Shown here piece after piece: positions 1 through 12,251 of a DNA stretch of 64,000 nucleotides. The notes below the pieces were generated by a model. The model saw nothing but the letters and a program-made list of their open reading frames with translations. It had not been told where the DNA came from and did not search any database. Each line of letters starts with the position of its first letter. The stretch's first letter is position 1. This DNA comes from Stegostoma tigrinum (lineage: Eukaryota), in the NCBI RefSeq assembly GCF_030684315.1, contig NC_081385.1, forward strand, positions 19,373,247 through 19,437,246, in the 5' to 3' direction. Both the position numbers and the translations under genes were made by a program.

Positions 1-141
1 ACTTCCACAACATGAAGCAGCTCGCTATAAATACTTGGAATTTTCAAAGGAGCTTGTTTGTTCTCTATATGCGGAACTGAGCTGTCCTCTCTTTATTCAG
101 TTCCCATAGTCTCTCCATTCCTCCTCCTTCTCAATGATCTT

Positions 142-467
142 GTTGTGGGCATTACTAGCTTCAGCATCTCCCCACCCCCGGCCTCATCCCATGACCAACC
201 CTCCCTCTCATCCCTGCCTCCTTGACCTGTCCATCCTCTTTCTCACCTATCTGCTCCTCCCACCACATTGACCAATCCCCACCACACTGCACCCACTATC
301 ACCACCCCACCTACCTTCCCATGCCCCACCCCTCCTCTCTCTATTTATTTCATAGTCCCCTATCCATCCCCATTTCTGAAGAAGGGTCCTGTCCCGAAAC
401 ATCAGATTCCCTGTTACTCTGATGCTGCCTGGCCTGCTGTGTTCCTCCAGCTACACACTGTGTTATT
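142..467 (+). mobile_element. Penelope-like element 3' remnant (subfamily A pLTR) with degenerate hammerhead motif
   Basis: C-rich tract, then CTGAAGAAGGGTCCTGTCCCGAAACATCAG (376-405) and GATGCTGCCTGGCCTGCTGTGTTCCTCCAGC, homologous to the terminus of the GIY-YIG-bearing copy at 9581-10359. Confidence 0.75.
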
Positions 468-905
468 GCTTGTATTTATTTATAATGCCTTTCACAAGCA
501 CTAGGTGCCTTAACGTGCTTTAAATCCAATTAAATACTTTGAAATCTACTCACCATTGTAACGTAGAAAACATTGAGACAATCTACCCACTGCAAGTTCC
601 CATTTTTAGGCTTGTGATGAATGACTAATTATTGATCAGTTTAGTTGAACTGATTGAAGGCTAAACATTGTTAAGGATAGCAGAGTTCATATCCCTGCTT
701 GAAAATAATGCCGCAATATCTATTATACACATCAATGAGGGCTGACAAGCTCTAAAGTTAACAACTCATCTAATAGACAGGACCACCAACAGTGTTGCAC
801 TGCCTCAGCACTACACTGGAATGTCAACTTTGATTTTTCTGCTCAAGTCCTAGAGCAGGACTTGAACTCAAAACTTGCTCTCTCAGCCTTCGTCTGAGCT
901 AGAGA
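468..905 (-). mobile_element. DeuSINE-like (SacSINE1/AmnSINE-type) SINE, old
   Basis: Reverse-oriented tRNA-like head (GGACTTGAACTC near 858-869) and Deu-like core (CAGTGTTGCACTGCCTCAGCACTACACTGGAATGTCA); similar to the copy at 61440-61790. Confidence 0.6.
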
Positions 906-1669
906 TAGCACGGATTAGGCTTATTCTGTCAAAAGTTCTTTCAGTTTGTTATATATCACAAAATATAATCAACCGACTTTCCATGTGTCTCAGTTTTGTT
1001 ATCACTAGCAACAATCAAAGGGCCACCAGAAGATCTATTATACAAATTTTTCTAATATTTTTCACAAAATTCAATCATCCTTTGGTTCACTGTTATTATT
1101 TCAGCCTTTCCAAATAAATGTATGCCAGCTGCAACCTGAGCAGCATTCGACCTACCCCATCAACTGTTTATAACTGTCGGCATTAATTCTTGTCAAAGGG
1201 CAGACTGTAATTCAAAAAGTCCCAAAAGTAATTATGACAGTCCAGTGCATTTAACTGCATGAGAAACCATGCGTTGGACAGCCAGCAGCCTTCTAGAAGC
1301 ATACAACATTGTTAGCCCCTGATCAAGGGACCAGGCGTCAGGGCATGTCCAATGCTCCATGCTTTCCTGCCATGAGACACTCCAATTATGATCCCTGGTG
1401 ATGTCCTCACTGTCAACAGCCACTGCTTTTGGTGATGCTGCCACCAGTAGACAGCTGCTAGCCTTTGACTGACTTGCAGCTCTCAGTGGGTGAGGTGTTC
1501 ATTACCAAGATCTTAAATGACGGGGAAGGCCCTATACTGCACATCTAAGTTACTGAAAGATAGTTAATTCATTGGACGTCCCCCTCAGATACAAAACAAA
1601 TTTCCTGTTGGTTTCCCAACTGTCAGAAATGATGAGTTTCAAAAATTGTGCATCAATTGGCAGAATGAT

Positions 1670-1987
1670 CAAAACCCAGAGACAGAGCAGTTGAGAACTA
1701 AATGATGCAATTCGAGGTGATTGGCTAAAGGACCAAACAAAATATAAAGTAATTTTTTTGGGTCATAGAATTCTTAGGGTCAGGAATACATCGAGAATGC
1801 AGTGGTGACAATTCAAGCATGGTTTAAAAAGGGAACTAGATAATTATCTGAAGAGATAGAAATTGTGCACTCTGTGGAGAAAGATGGAACTTGTGGGACT
1901 GAACATTTTACTCTCGCACAGAGAGTGTGGACAAGAACTCAACTGGCTGTATGTTCTTATCTGTGCCGAAAGCATTCTATAATTCTA
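1670..1987 (+). mobile_element. degraded CR1 LINE 3' end
   Basis: FKRELDNYL-like codons (TTTAAAAAGGGAACTAGATAATTATCTG) and ATTCTATAATTCTA tail typical of CR1 3' ends. Confidence 0.5.
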
Positions 1988-2012
1988 CTTTGGCAAATAG
2001 AGCCACGATTTA

Positions 2013-2207
2013 AGGGGAGACTGTGGTGTGGTGGTAATGTCACCAATGTGGTAATCCAGAACTCCAGGCAAATGTTCTGGGCTTTGGGCTCGAAATCCTC
2101 AATGACAGATGGTGGAAACTTGAATTCAATAAAATTTGGAATAAACAGCTGGCCTAATGCTGACCATGAAAGAGATGTAAATTGTTGTTAAAGCCCACTT
2201 GGCTCAC
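2013..2207 (+). mobile_element. tRNA-headed SINE, 5' half (split by CR1 insertion)
   Basis: A-box-like GTGGTGTGGTGG and B-box-like GGCTCGAAATCC; body colinear with the intact copy at 45745-46093 up to GGCTCACT. Confidence 0.7.
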
Positions 2208-5200
2208 TAGAGTCTTAGAGTCGTCGAAATATGCAGCATGGAAGCAGACCCTTCAGTCCAGATCATCCGTGCAAGCCAGAAATCTAAGATAAATCTAGTC
2301 CTATTTGCACGAATTTAACTCATATCGTGCTAAGTTCTTTCTATTCATATACCTATCCCAAGACTTTTAAATGTTGTAATGGTACCAGCCTCCACCACTT
2401 CCTCTGGCACTTTATTCCATTCACGCACCACCCTCTGCGTGAAAAAGTTGCCCCTTACGTCCCTTTTAAATCTTTCCCATCTCACCTTAAACCTATGCTC
2501 GCTAGTTTTGGTCTCACCAATCCTGGGGAAAAGACCTTGTCTATTTACCCTATCTATGCCCCTCATGATTTTATAAACCTCTATAAGGCCACCACTCAGC
2601 CTCTGATGTTCCGGAGAAATTAGCCCCAGTCATTCGGCCTCTCCTTGTGGCTGCAACCCTCCAACCCTGGCAACATCCTTGTAACCTTTTCTGAACCCAT
2701 TCATGTTTCACAACATTCTCCCTGTTGCAGGAAGACTAGAAATGCTCACAGTATTCCAAAACTGGCCTAACCAATGTCCTGTAGAGCCTCAAGATGACCT
2801 CCCAACTCCTGTACTGAATGCAGTGGCCAATAAAAGCAAACGTACCAAATACTTTCTTCACCATCTAGTCTAACTGTGATTGTACTTTCAATGAACTATG
2901 AACCTGCACTCCAAGGTCTCTTTGTTCAGCAACACTTCCCAGGATCTTACCACGAAATGTATAAGTCCTGCCCTGATTTGCCTTTCCAAAATGCAGCACC
3001 TCACTTTATCTAAATTCATCTCCATCTGGCACTCCTCAGCCCATTGGCTCATCTGTATAGACAGCCAAGATTGAGTGAATCCCAAGAACAGTATAAAGGC
3101 AGCAGTAGTACACTTAAGAGGGAAATCAAGATGGTAAAATGAGAACATGGGATAACTTTGGCAAATGGGATTAAGGAGAATCCAAACGGAATGTACAAAT
3201 GTGTTAAGGAGAAAAGGTCCCCTTGTACTCTGAAATAACCTTCTTCACTGTCCACTACATGTCAAATTTGGTCATGATTTCATTGTACTCTTAAGTAACC
3301 TTCTTCACTGTCCTGTACACCTCAAATATGATGTCATCTGCAAACAGATTAACCATACATCCTATGTTCACATCCAAAGCATTTATATAAATGACAAAAA
3401 GTAATAGACCCCGAACAGATCCTTATGGCTCATTATTGGTCACAGGCCTTCAGTCTGGAAAGTGTTCCTTCACCACCGTCTGTCTGCCATCTTCGAGCCA
3501 GCTCTGTATCCAAAACGTTTGTTCTCCCTCTATTCCATGTGATCGAGCCTCACTAACCAATCTTCCATGAGGAACCTTGTTGGACAACTTATTGAAGTAC
3601 ACTTCGATCAAGTTCATCACTGCGCCCTCATCAATCCTCTTTGTTACTTCTTCAAAAAACTCAGTTGTTATTGAGACACGATTTCCCACACACGCAGCCA
3701 TGTTAACTAACTCTAATCAGTCCTTGGTTTTCCAAACAAATGTAAATCCTATCTCTCAGGATTCCCTCCAACAACTTGCCCACCACTGATGGCAGGCTCA
3801 CAAGTCTATAGTTCGCTGGCTTTTATTTACCACCTTTCTTAAATAGCGGCACCACATTAGCCAACCTCCAGTCTCCTGGCACCTCACCTGTAGCTATCGA
3901 TGAAACAAATATCTCAGCTGCTGCCCCAGTAATCTCTTCCCTAGCTTCCCACAGAGTTTTAGGATACACTTGATCACGTCCCAGGGATTTATCCACCTTT
4001 ACAGATTTTAAGCTGTCTAACAAATCCTCCTCTGCAATATGGATATGTTGCTTTTTACTTCCCCATTTTCTATATCTTCATTGTCCTTCTCCCCAGTAAA
4101 CACTGATGCAAAATACTTGTTAAGTATCCCCTCTATGCCGTGTGGTTCCACACATGGGTGGTCTTGCTGAATTTTAAGGAGCCCTGTTAACTTCCTAGTT
4201 TCCTTTTCTCCTTAATGCATTTGTAGATTCCCTTTGGATTCTCCTTAACCCTATTGGCCAAAGTTGTCCCATGTTCCCATTTTGCCCTCTTGATTTCTCT
4301 CTTAAGTGTACTACGGCTGCCTTTATACTGTTCTTGGGATTCACTAAATCTCTGCTCTCTATATTTTACATACATTCCCTCTTATTCTTGACCAAAACCT
4401 CAATTTCTCTCGTCATCAAGCATTCCCTACACCTACCTGCCTTGCCCTTCACCCTAACAGGAATATATTGTCTCTGGGCTCTTGTTATCTCATTTTTGAA
4501 GACTTTCCATTTTCTAGCAATCCCTTGACCGGTAAATAATTGCTCCCAACCAACTTTTGAAATTTCTTGCCCAATGCTGCCAAATTTGGCTTTCCTCCAA
4601 TTTAGAACTGTAACTTTTAGATCTGGTCTATCCTTTTCTGTCACTAAATTAAAACTGATAGAATATGGCCACTGGCCCCAAAGTTCTCCCCCACTGACAC
4701 CCAGTCACCTGCCCTGCCTTATTTTCCAAGAGTACGTCAAGTTTTGCACCTTCTCTTGTAGGTACATCCACATACCAAATCATAAAATATTTTTGTACAC
4801 ACTTAAATTCCTCTCCATCCAAGCCCTTAACACTATGGCAATCTCAGTCTATGTTTCTCCAATGCCAGCTGTGAATTTTGCTGCTTGTCTATTTTTCTTA
4901 GAATGAACGTGATGTCCAGACATGTTTGAAACCAAACAGCAAAGGCAGCAGCTGCACAAGTTACTGCTGGGTTTCTTTTTCTGTTCAAATTACTTCCCAT
5001 GAGGTCTCTGCCTTTGTCTCCCTTCCTCCTTTTTAAAGTGCCCTTGTTTTGGTCGTTTTTCTTCCTGAAGCTCCAGAAGAATGCAACAGCTTATAGTACA
5101 GTAATTACTGCTCCTAGGGTTCAAGGAAATTTGTTCCAACACTGAAAACATCTCAAAAAAGGAGCAGTTCTTACAAACACAATTCTTTTTCTGCCTTCCG

Positions 5201-5208
5201 CCTTGGAT
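2208..5208 (-). mobile_element. CR1 LINE, degenerate ORF2 with internal rearrangement and probable 5'UTR remnant
   Basis: ORF fragments MRGIDRVNRQGLFP..FFTQRVVREWN, FNKLSNKVPHGRLV, KVDKSLGRDQVYPKTLWEARE, VLNWRKAKF are CR1 EN/RT segments in colinear order. Confidence 0.9.
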
Positions 5209-5225
5209 TATCGAGATTTTTTAAA

Positions 5226-5385
5226 AATGCCCTTCAAATAAGAAAACTTGCCATTCTTACCCACACATGATTTCAGACCAACAGGAATATGGTTAACTCT
5301 TAACTCCCTCTGGGCAAGTAAAGATTGGCAATAATTGCAGGCCAAGCCATTATTGCCCATATCTTGTGGTTTGATTAAACTAAAA
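5226..5385 (+). mobile_element. tRNA-headed SINE, 3' half
   Basis: Resumes at AATGCCCTT where 2013-2207 stops; ends in the GGCAATAA..GCCCATATC..AAAA tail shared with L2/Crack-like LINEs. Confidence 0.65.
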
Positions 5386-6054
5386 AGGAGTTGTATGCAC
5401 ACACAGATGAATCACTATAGTAAGCATTTCTATAGAGTATTTTTGTTGAAAATCAACAAAATCGGAAGGAAGTACCGAAACTAATGTCATTGTCTAGCTT
5501 TTCTAAACTATTCTGGGTCTCAATAAGAACAAGTCATTGGTATAAGAACCTGAACCAGAAACACCTTTCTTGGTCATTAAATATTGTTAGTGATACAATA
5601 ACATAATTGTGAAATATATATAGATACTGAATATTATTTGAAATGTCCAATTCATCCTTTCGATATCATCATGAGATCCCCAGCACCAAACAGTCCAACT
5701 GCTTCTTAGATAATCGCAGAGAATTTTTTCGAGTACTCTGCACTTGAGCGTTTTGTTCGTTTCATGTTGCCTCCACTCCCTAAATTGTCGTAAAATTTGG
5801 AAGTTTGAAACTCCCATTTACTGTTATTTGCACCACAAAATCAAAGGGAAATATCTCTTCAGGTACCGGTGAGACAGAGGATGCATGTTTGAAGTATTAA
5901 TGTTCACCACTAATTTGTGTATTTCCCAAGTTGCCAATTGGTTTGTGTTGTGTCAAGGTTTGTTGCTCAGGGCTCTATCCTGCACATTGGATAGGTGACT
6001 ACTCTTGTCTCTTCTGGTTGATTGTGGCCTATAATGGTTTCCTTATGAATGAGT

Positions 6055-6680
6055 GAAAGGAAGAAGTCAAACTGTATGTTGGCCTTAATAATGAGAGGTT
6101 TCGAGTACAGAAACAAGGCTGGCTTGCTGCAATGATACAGGGTAATGGTAAGGCCACAGCTGCAATGTTATGTGCAGCTTTGGTCTCCTATCTGAGGGAT
6201 GGTATCCTTGCTATTGAAACAGTGCAGGAAAGATTTACCAAATTGATTCCTGGCAAGGCAGAACCGAAGAAATATTGGGTTGTTTAGGATTGTATTCTCT
6301 GGAGTTAAGAAGAACGGGGTATGATTTCATAAAAACTTATAAAAGTATAACAGCAAGTTAGATGTAGGGAGGATATTTCTGATGGTGGGGGTCCCAGAAC
6401 AAGGGGCCATAGCTGAAAGATAAGGGGAAAACATTTAGGTCTGAGATAAGGAGACTTTTTTTTCCCTTGGAGAGTGATGAGCCTGTGAATTCATTATCAC
6501 AGAAAGTGTTTGAGGCCAAAGTATTATGTACTTTCAAGCCAGATATTGCTATAGCTCTTGTGGCTAAAGGGATCAAGGGATATGTGGGGAGGGTAGGATT
6601 AAAGTATTGAGCTCAGTGATCAGCCAAGATCATTATGAATATCAGAACAGGCTCAAGGGTCTATTCTGTTCCTATCTTCA
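6055..6680 (+). mobile_element. CR1 LINE 3' fragment, degraded
   Basis: GFEYRNK..MVRPQL..YVQLWSPYLR..VQERFTKLIPG-like translation followed by CR1 3'UTR. Confidence 0.8.
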
Positions 6681-8150
6681 GTGACTACCTGACTCTGGTA
6701 CGTTTCTGTAGACTCATTCATTTACGTTATTGTACATAAACATTTCTCACTAATGCAGATTATTTTATCCTTTCTTCACTGTTTCTTACACTTGACGTAC
6801 GATGTCACTGTTAATCGTGATATACAGTTCCATCTCATTATTATAAGCAATCATGACAATTGATATTGTGGAATTTCCAAACATGCATAGTTCAAATCAA
6901 GGAGAATGGGAAATTAAAATGCAGATAGGAGCCAAATGGTTGGTCTATCAAAGGCCTGATTGCCAAGGATTACAAAGTACAAATATCCTTCAAGGTTAAC
7001 CATAGTGAGCCCCAGAGTCTATCAGGTCCTTTCTCATTTTATTCCTTTCAATACTTAAATTATTTAATTCTCTGGTGTGTGCTACATAACTTTGAATCCA
7101 AAATAATTATTAGTCTTTTTACCCTTCCCTGCACTGATTCTAGGACTTAAATATCAGCCTGGTATATATTTGGCTTAAAAGTGTAGACTGGTCTGACAAG
7201 ACTACAGTTTTTTTTAAGCAAACAGTCCTCTAATTTATGCTATTCAGATCATGAAATTCAGTTTTCCATTTGCTTTGCTCATTGCTTCTATAATGACTGG
7301 ATTTATTATGCAACAATTGCAACAATGCTTCAGGATGCTTTTTATCTCCATCCATAGCCATTTCAATCCCTTTCATTGAAGATGTCTGTCATTCATTTCT
7401 TTTTCCTTTTACATAGATGGGATTCAAAGTTGAAACCTGCTATCTAGAGTGACCACAGCAATATTACCTTCTGCTCCTAGTGTAACGGAGCCTGTGGAAG
7501 CCACATATGACTGTACAGACACCTAGAGGCTCACCCTGAAAGTGGAAGAGAAACATCCTTGCCTGCAAGGGACCACCAATGATTGCAGTAAAAATAGCAA
7601 CATGGTACATATTGCTTCTTCCTTCCAATTTTGAGATTTTGCCTGTATACTAAGCAGCCTTGAAGTTGGGGAGCCCACATATTCAAGAAGACAAGTAGCC
7701 CATGGAAATTAAAGTTCTTGGCAATTAGATCCCAAAGGCAATCATAAAATGCCAGTGGCTGTGTTATATATTTTCTCTATTGGAGGAATGCACAAATAAC
7801 AGTCCAGCTTAAAAATGAACAAGCATTTGCAATGCTTTAAATGGGCCACCATCTCATGCTTCGAGCACCAAGCATCCTCTCTGTTTTTCTTTGTCCAAGT
7901 CCACACCCAGGCTAAACCAATCAAGCACAATGAGCATCAATTGTAAACAGACTCACTTAATCAAGTACACAATAATTGAATGTTACAGGGTGAACATTGG
8001 AGGTATATATTTTTACATTCCTGAGCCTTAAAGAATACAGAACAATGTTGAGAAAATATTTTAAGGCTTTTTCAGTTGTCACACAAGAATCAGCTACATC
8101 TGCCCCACCTCCTTTACTGCCCGATTTCTATTTGACACTATTTATGTCGT

Positions 8151-8269
8151 GATTGTAAATGAGGTCAGCCAGCTGGACCTCATATGATTTCCCTGACTGG
8201 ACCAGATTAACAGCCTCAATCAGGGAACGCATATTCTATGAGGCTTAGCTGGCTGACCTCATTACAATC
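8151..8269. repeat. 119-bp palindromic (fold-back/MITE-like) element
   Basis: GATTGTAAATGAGGTCAGCCAGCT ... AGCTGGCTGACCTCATTACAATC terminal inverted repeats with inner CCCTGA/TCAGGG arms. Confidence 0.75.
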
Positions 8270-8364
8270 TCTACAACTTGTTTCTGAGATGATGCAGAAG
8301 TTTTATTATCTGGTGGACAATTGCTGATGAAGTCCAATTATGAAAAGTGTTCAATCCTCAGCAT

Positions 8365-8519
8365 CTTCGGTCCGCCTCCCCCTCTCTCCCTATTTATTCC
8401 AGTTCCCTCTCCCCATCCCCCTCTCTGATGAAGGGCCTAGGCCCGAAACGTCAGCTTTTGTGCTCCTGAGATGCTGCTTGGCCTGCTGTGTTCATCCAGC
8501 CTCACATTTTATTATCTTG
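8365..8519 (+). mobile_element. Penelope-like pLTR-only insertion (subfamily A) with 13-bp TSD
   Basis: Flanked by CAATCCTCAGCAT at 8352-8364 and 8520-8532; near-identical to the reverse complement of ~9615-9770. Confidence 0.9.
8425..8454 (+). ncRNA. minimal type I hammerhead ribozyme motif (Penelope pLTR type)
   Basis: CTGATGA-A-GGGCC(TA)GGCCC-GAAA-CGTC-AG: conserved core boxes, perfect stem II, palindromic ACGT in place of helix III, GUC cleavage triplet. Confidence 0.7.
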
Positions 8520-9580
8520 CAATCCTCAGCATGCTTCCCCAGGCTCTTTTTACCTGTGCCTCACCCATTGGAAGGGATCACATAAAAACCAAGCACGACA
8601 CATTGTGTTTCATCATGCTACATTTCACCTATTAAACAGATTTCTTTTTTTGTACAGTAATGAGTTCCTGGTAGGTATTGGCTGCCTCGTAGAAGTCACC
8701 TGCTTAGTCTGTTGGGCATTGTGTAAGAACCACTTCTCACAAAATTGTAAATAGAAGAGGTCCACACATTCAACCTACTCAGCATTTTTGCCCACTCTGA
8801 CTTCTCTAACCTAAATAATGTCTGATATTTTTCAGCTTTAAGTTAATTGAGTTATTAAATTATATAATTATTCAATTACCAATAGACATCAGTAATCAGA
8901 ACAAAACATCATACATTTTGAATTCCATAGTGTTGACTCTATATAAAGATTCTGCACAACAAAATTGCGCTGGAAAATACTTCAGTTTGGTGAATAGAAA
9001 GTGATTGCTCGTTATATCCCTTGCTGTTCATATTTCAGGCTGTCTGTCATTATGTGATAACTCTGCACATCAGGAAATCAGAACATCCATTATACAACAG
9101 GCACTCTATATTTCTGCTATCACCTCTGACTGGGGACTAATTATAGCAAGAACTTCAGTTCCTGGGCAAATGACTGAGTAGTTACTGGTAGCACAGACTT
9201 CAGCCATTGCCAGTGTCACTTCGAAAAATCATGAGCATTATCATTTGAAAATCTTTGCCACATGCTGTTGGCAGGTGGTGTAACTCTCCAAGAAAAGTGT
9301 TCCTAATATTTCAGATTACTCTTCTTCTAGACCAAGCTTAGAATATATAAATAGCAGTGTTACCAATTTAGGATTTGTTGATTTATAACTGCATTGACTA
9401 CCAGAGGCTTTTCCTTTTCAACTGTTATCTTGTGCTGTTTTACAACTGTACACTGTTAATTATTCTTGACCAGTCTCAGTCCTGACTTATACCATTGCAG
9501 TAATAATAATATGTCTCATGAAAGACCTTTAAATGTTCTCAATTAGGTCCACAGGTAGAAGTAGTCTAACCAAAGTGCAA

Positions 9581-10359
9581 GAGAGATAATGGGAACTGCA
9601 GATGCTGGAGATTCCAAGATAATAAAATGTGAGGCTGGATGAACACAGCAGGCCAAGCAGCATCTCAGGAGCACAAAAGCTGACGGTTCGGGCCTAGACC
9701 CTTCATCAGAGAGGGGGATGGGGGGAGGGAACTGGAATAAATAGGGAGAGAGGGGGAGGCGGACCGAAGATGGAGAGTAAAGAAGATAGGTGGAGAGGGT
9801 GTAGGTGGGGAGGTAGGGAGGGGATAGGTCAGTCCAGGGAAGACGGACAGGTCAAGGAGGTGGGATGAGGTTAGTAGGTAGCTGGGGGTGCGGCTTGGGG
9901 TGGGAGGAAGGGATGGGTGAGAGGAAGAACCGGTTAGGGAGGCAGAGACAGGTTGGACTGGTTTTGGGATGCAGTGGGTGGGGGGGAAGAGCTGGGCTGG
10001 TTGTGTGGTGCAGTGGGGGGAGGGGATGAACTGGGCTGGTTTAGGGATGCAGTAGGGGAAGGGGAGATTTTGAAACTGGTGAAGTCCACATTGATACCAT
10101 ATGGCTGCAGGGTTCCCAGGCGGAATATGAGTTGCTGTTCCTGCAACCTTCGGGTGGCATCATTGTGGCAGTGCAGGAGGCCCATGATGGACATGTCATC
10201 AAGAGAATGGGAGGGGGAGTGGAAATGGTTTGCGACTGGGAGGTGCAGTTGTTTGTTGCGAACTGAGCGGAGGTGTTCTGCAAAGCGGTCCCCAAGCCTC
10301 CGCTTGGTTTCCCCAATGTAGAGGAAGCCGCACCGGGTACAGTGGATGCAGTATTTTAT
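9581..10359 (-). mobile_element. 5'-truncated Penelope-like retroelement (subfamily A), 14-bp TSD
   Basis: TSD TAACCAAAGTG(C/T)AA at 9567-9580 and 10360-10373; encodes GIY-YIG C-terminus; pLTR hammerhead motif at 9680-9709 carries GAAA>GAAC. Confidence 0.92.
9934..10353 (-). pseudogene. Penelope GIY-YIG endonuclease domain fragment (open frame, no start)
   Basis: YCIHCTRCGFLYIGETKRRLGDRFAEHLRSV...PVANHF...EQQLIFRLGTLQPYGINVDF. Confidence 0.9.
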
Positions 10360-10609
10360 TAACCAAAGTGTAAATTGTTTTCACCAATCCTGCTGTGATC
10401 TTTCATGTTGTTATAGTGTCCCATGTAAATGAGGAAAGATAAACTTATGGCATCATGGCCAAACATCGTAGTTCACTAATATATTGGATTGCAATGGGCT
10501 CAACATAGGTGGCTCCAGAGTCTGATGTGCAGGCAGTTCTGTCAATCCACACATTGAAAAAGGTAATGTTTCTGAAGGAGTTAATGCACATGTTGCATTG
10601 GGTTCCAGA

Positions 10610-12150
10610 AGACAACAAAATATAACAGTAGAATCAGGCCATTTGGTCCATTCAGTCTGTTCCACCATTTGATCATGGTTTGTCGGATTCTCAGCACCAT
10701 TCTTATGCCTTCACCTCATAAACTTTGACCCTCTTCCTAATCTAGAACTATCTATCACTGCTTAAAGACACTTAGTGACTTGGCCTCAACAGCCTTCTGT
10801 AGCAATGAGTTCCACAGATTCACCACCCTCTTGCTGCAGAAATTCACCCACATCTTAGTTCTAATGAGTCATCCCTTCACTCTGAATCTGTGCCCTCAGG
10901 TTCTAGTCTCTCCTACTAGAAGAAATATGTTCTTGACATCCACTCTATCTCAGTATTCTGTAAACTTCAATCTGATTCACCCTTATCCTTCCAAACTCCA
11001 GTGAGAACCTGCCTAGAGCCCTCAAATGCTCCTCTCATGGGAGGGCCTCCACCCCAGAATCATTCTTGTAAACCTCCACTGGATCCAATCCAATGGCAGC
11101 ATATTTTTCCTGAGACATGGGGCCCAAAACTGTTCTTAATACTCCAAATGCAGGCTGACTAGAGCGTTATACAGCATCAACAGACTTGTATTTTAGCCCC
11201 ATTGAGGCTAATGCGAACATCGCATTTGCCTTCTTAACTACCAAATAAACTTGCGTGTTAACCTTAAGAGAATCTGAACATCTCAAGCCCCTTTGTGCTT
11301 CAGATTTCTGAAGCTTTTCTCAGTTTAGAAAATAGTCTACTTTTCTATTCTTCCTACTAAACTGCACAATCTCATACTTTGTCCATTATATTCCATCTCC
11401 CATTTCTTTGCCCATTCTCCTCACCTGTCCAAGTCTTTCTACAGCCTTGCTGCTTTCTCAACACTATCTGTCCCTCCACCTATCTGCAAACTTAGCAACA
11501 ATGCCTTCAGTTCCTCCATCCAGGTTAATAGTGATAATGTAAATTGTCATTGACCCAACACTGACCCCTGTGGAATATCACTATCTAACGGATTTGTCAG
11601 TCATGACCTCTCTTTGACAAAGCTGGCCTGACTCAGCCCGATTACATGCACTTCCAAGCACTTTGCAAACTCATTCTTAATAATGGACTTTAAAATCTTA
11701 CCAATGGCTAAGGTGAGACAAACTGGTCTACTTACCCCTTCTTCTGCCTCACTCTCTTCTTAAACAGGATGTTACATTAACCACTTTCCTTTTCTCCATG
11801 ACCCTCTTTGAATCCAGTGATTCCTGAAGGATCACCGCCTCTAAAATCTCCTCAGCTGTTTACTTCAGAACTCTGGGCTGTAGTCCAGCTGATCTTATGA
11901 TCTATCCATCCTCAGACCTTTGAGCTTATTCAGCACCTTCTCCTTAGTGCTGGTCACTACCTGGCACCCCCAACCCTCTTGAAGTTCTGACATGCAGCTA
12001 TTGTCTTCCACTATGAATACTAATACAAAGTTCAGTGTTTCCACCATTTATATGTTCCCTATTACTACTTCTCCAGTTTCCTTTTCCAGTGGTCCAGTGT
12101 CCAGCCTTTCATATATCTAAAATAAACTTGTAATCTCCTTTAATATTACC
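10610..12150 (-). mobile_element. CR1 LINE ORF2/3' fragment, degraded with internal deletions
   Basis: Antisense CR1 3' end (GGCCATTTGGTCCATT..., TTCCACAGATTCACCACCCTC) and PQGSVLG motif (ACACTGACCCCTGTGGAAT near 11558). Confidence 0.85.
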
Positions 12151-12251
12151 AGCTACTATTAAGAACATAAAAACTAGGCGCAGGAGCAGGCCATCTGACC
12201 CCTCGAGCCTGCCCTGCCATTTAATTAGATCATGGCTGATCTTTTTGAGAC

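Noticed and set aside
9953-10321. 122-aa plus-strand ORF repeated at 22598-22855, resembling a gene family
   Set aside because: Antisense of Penelope GIY-YIG and C-rich pLTR in two transposon copies.
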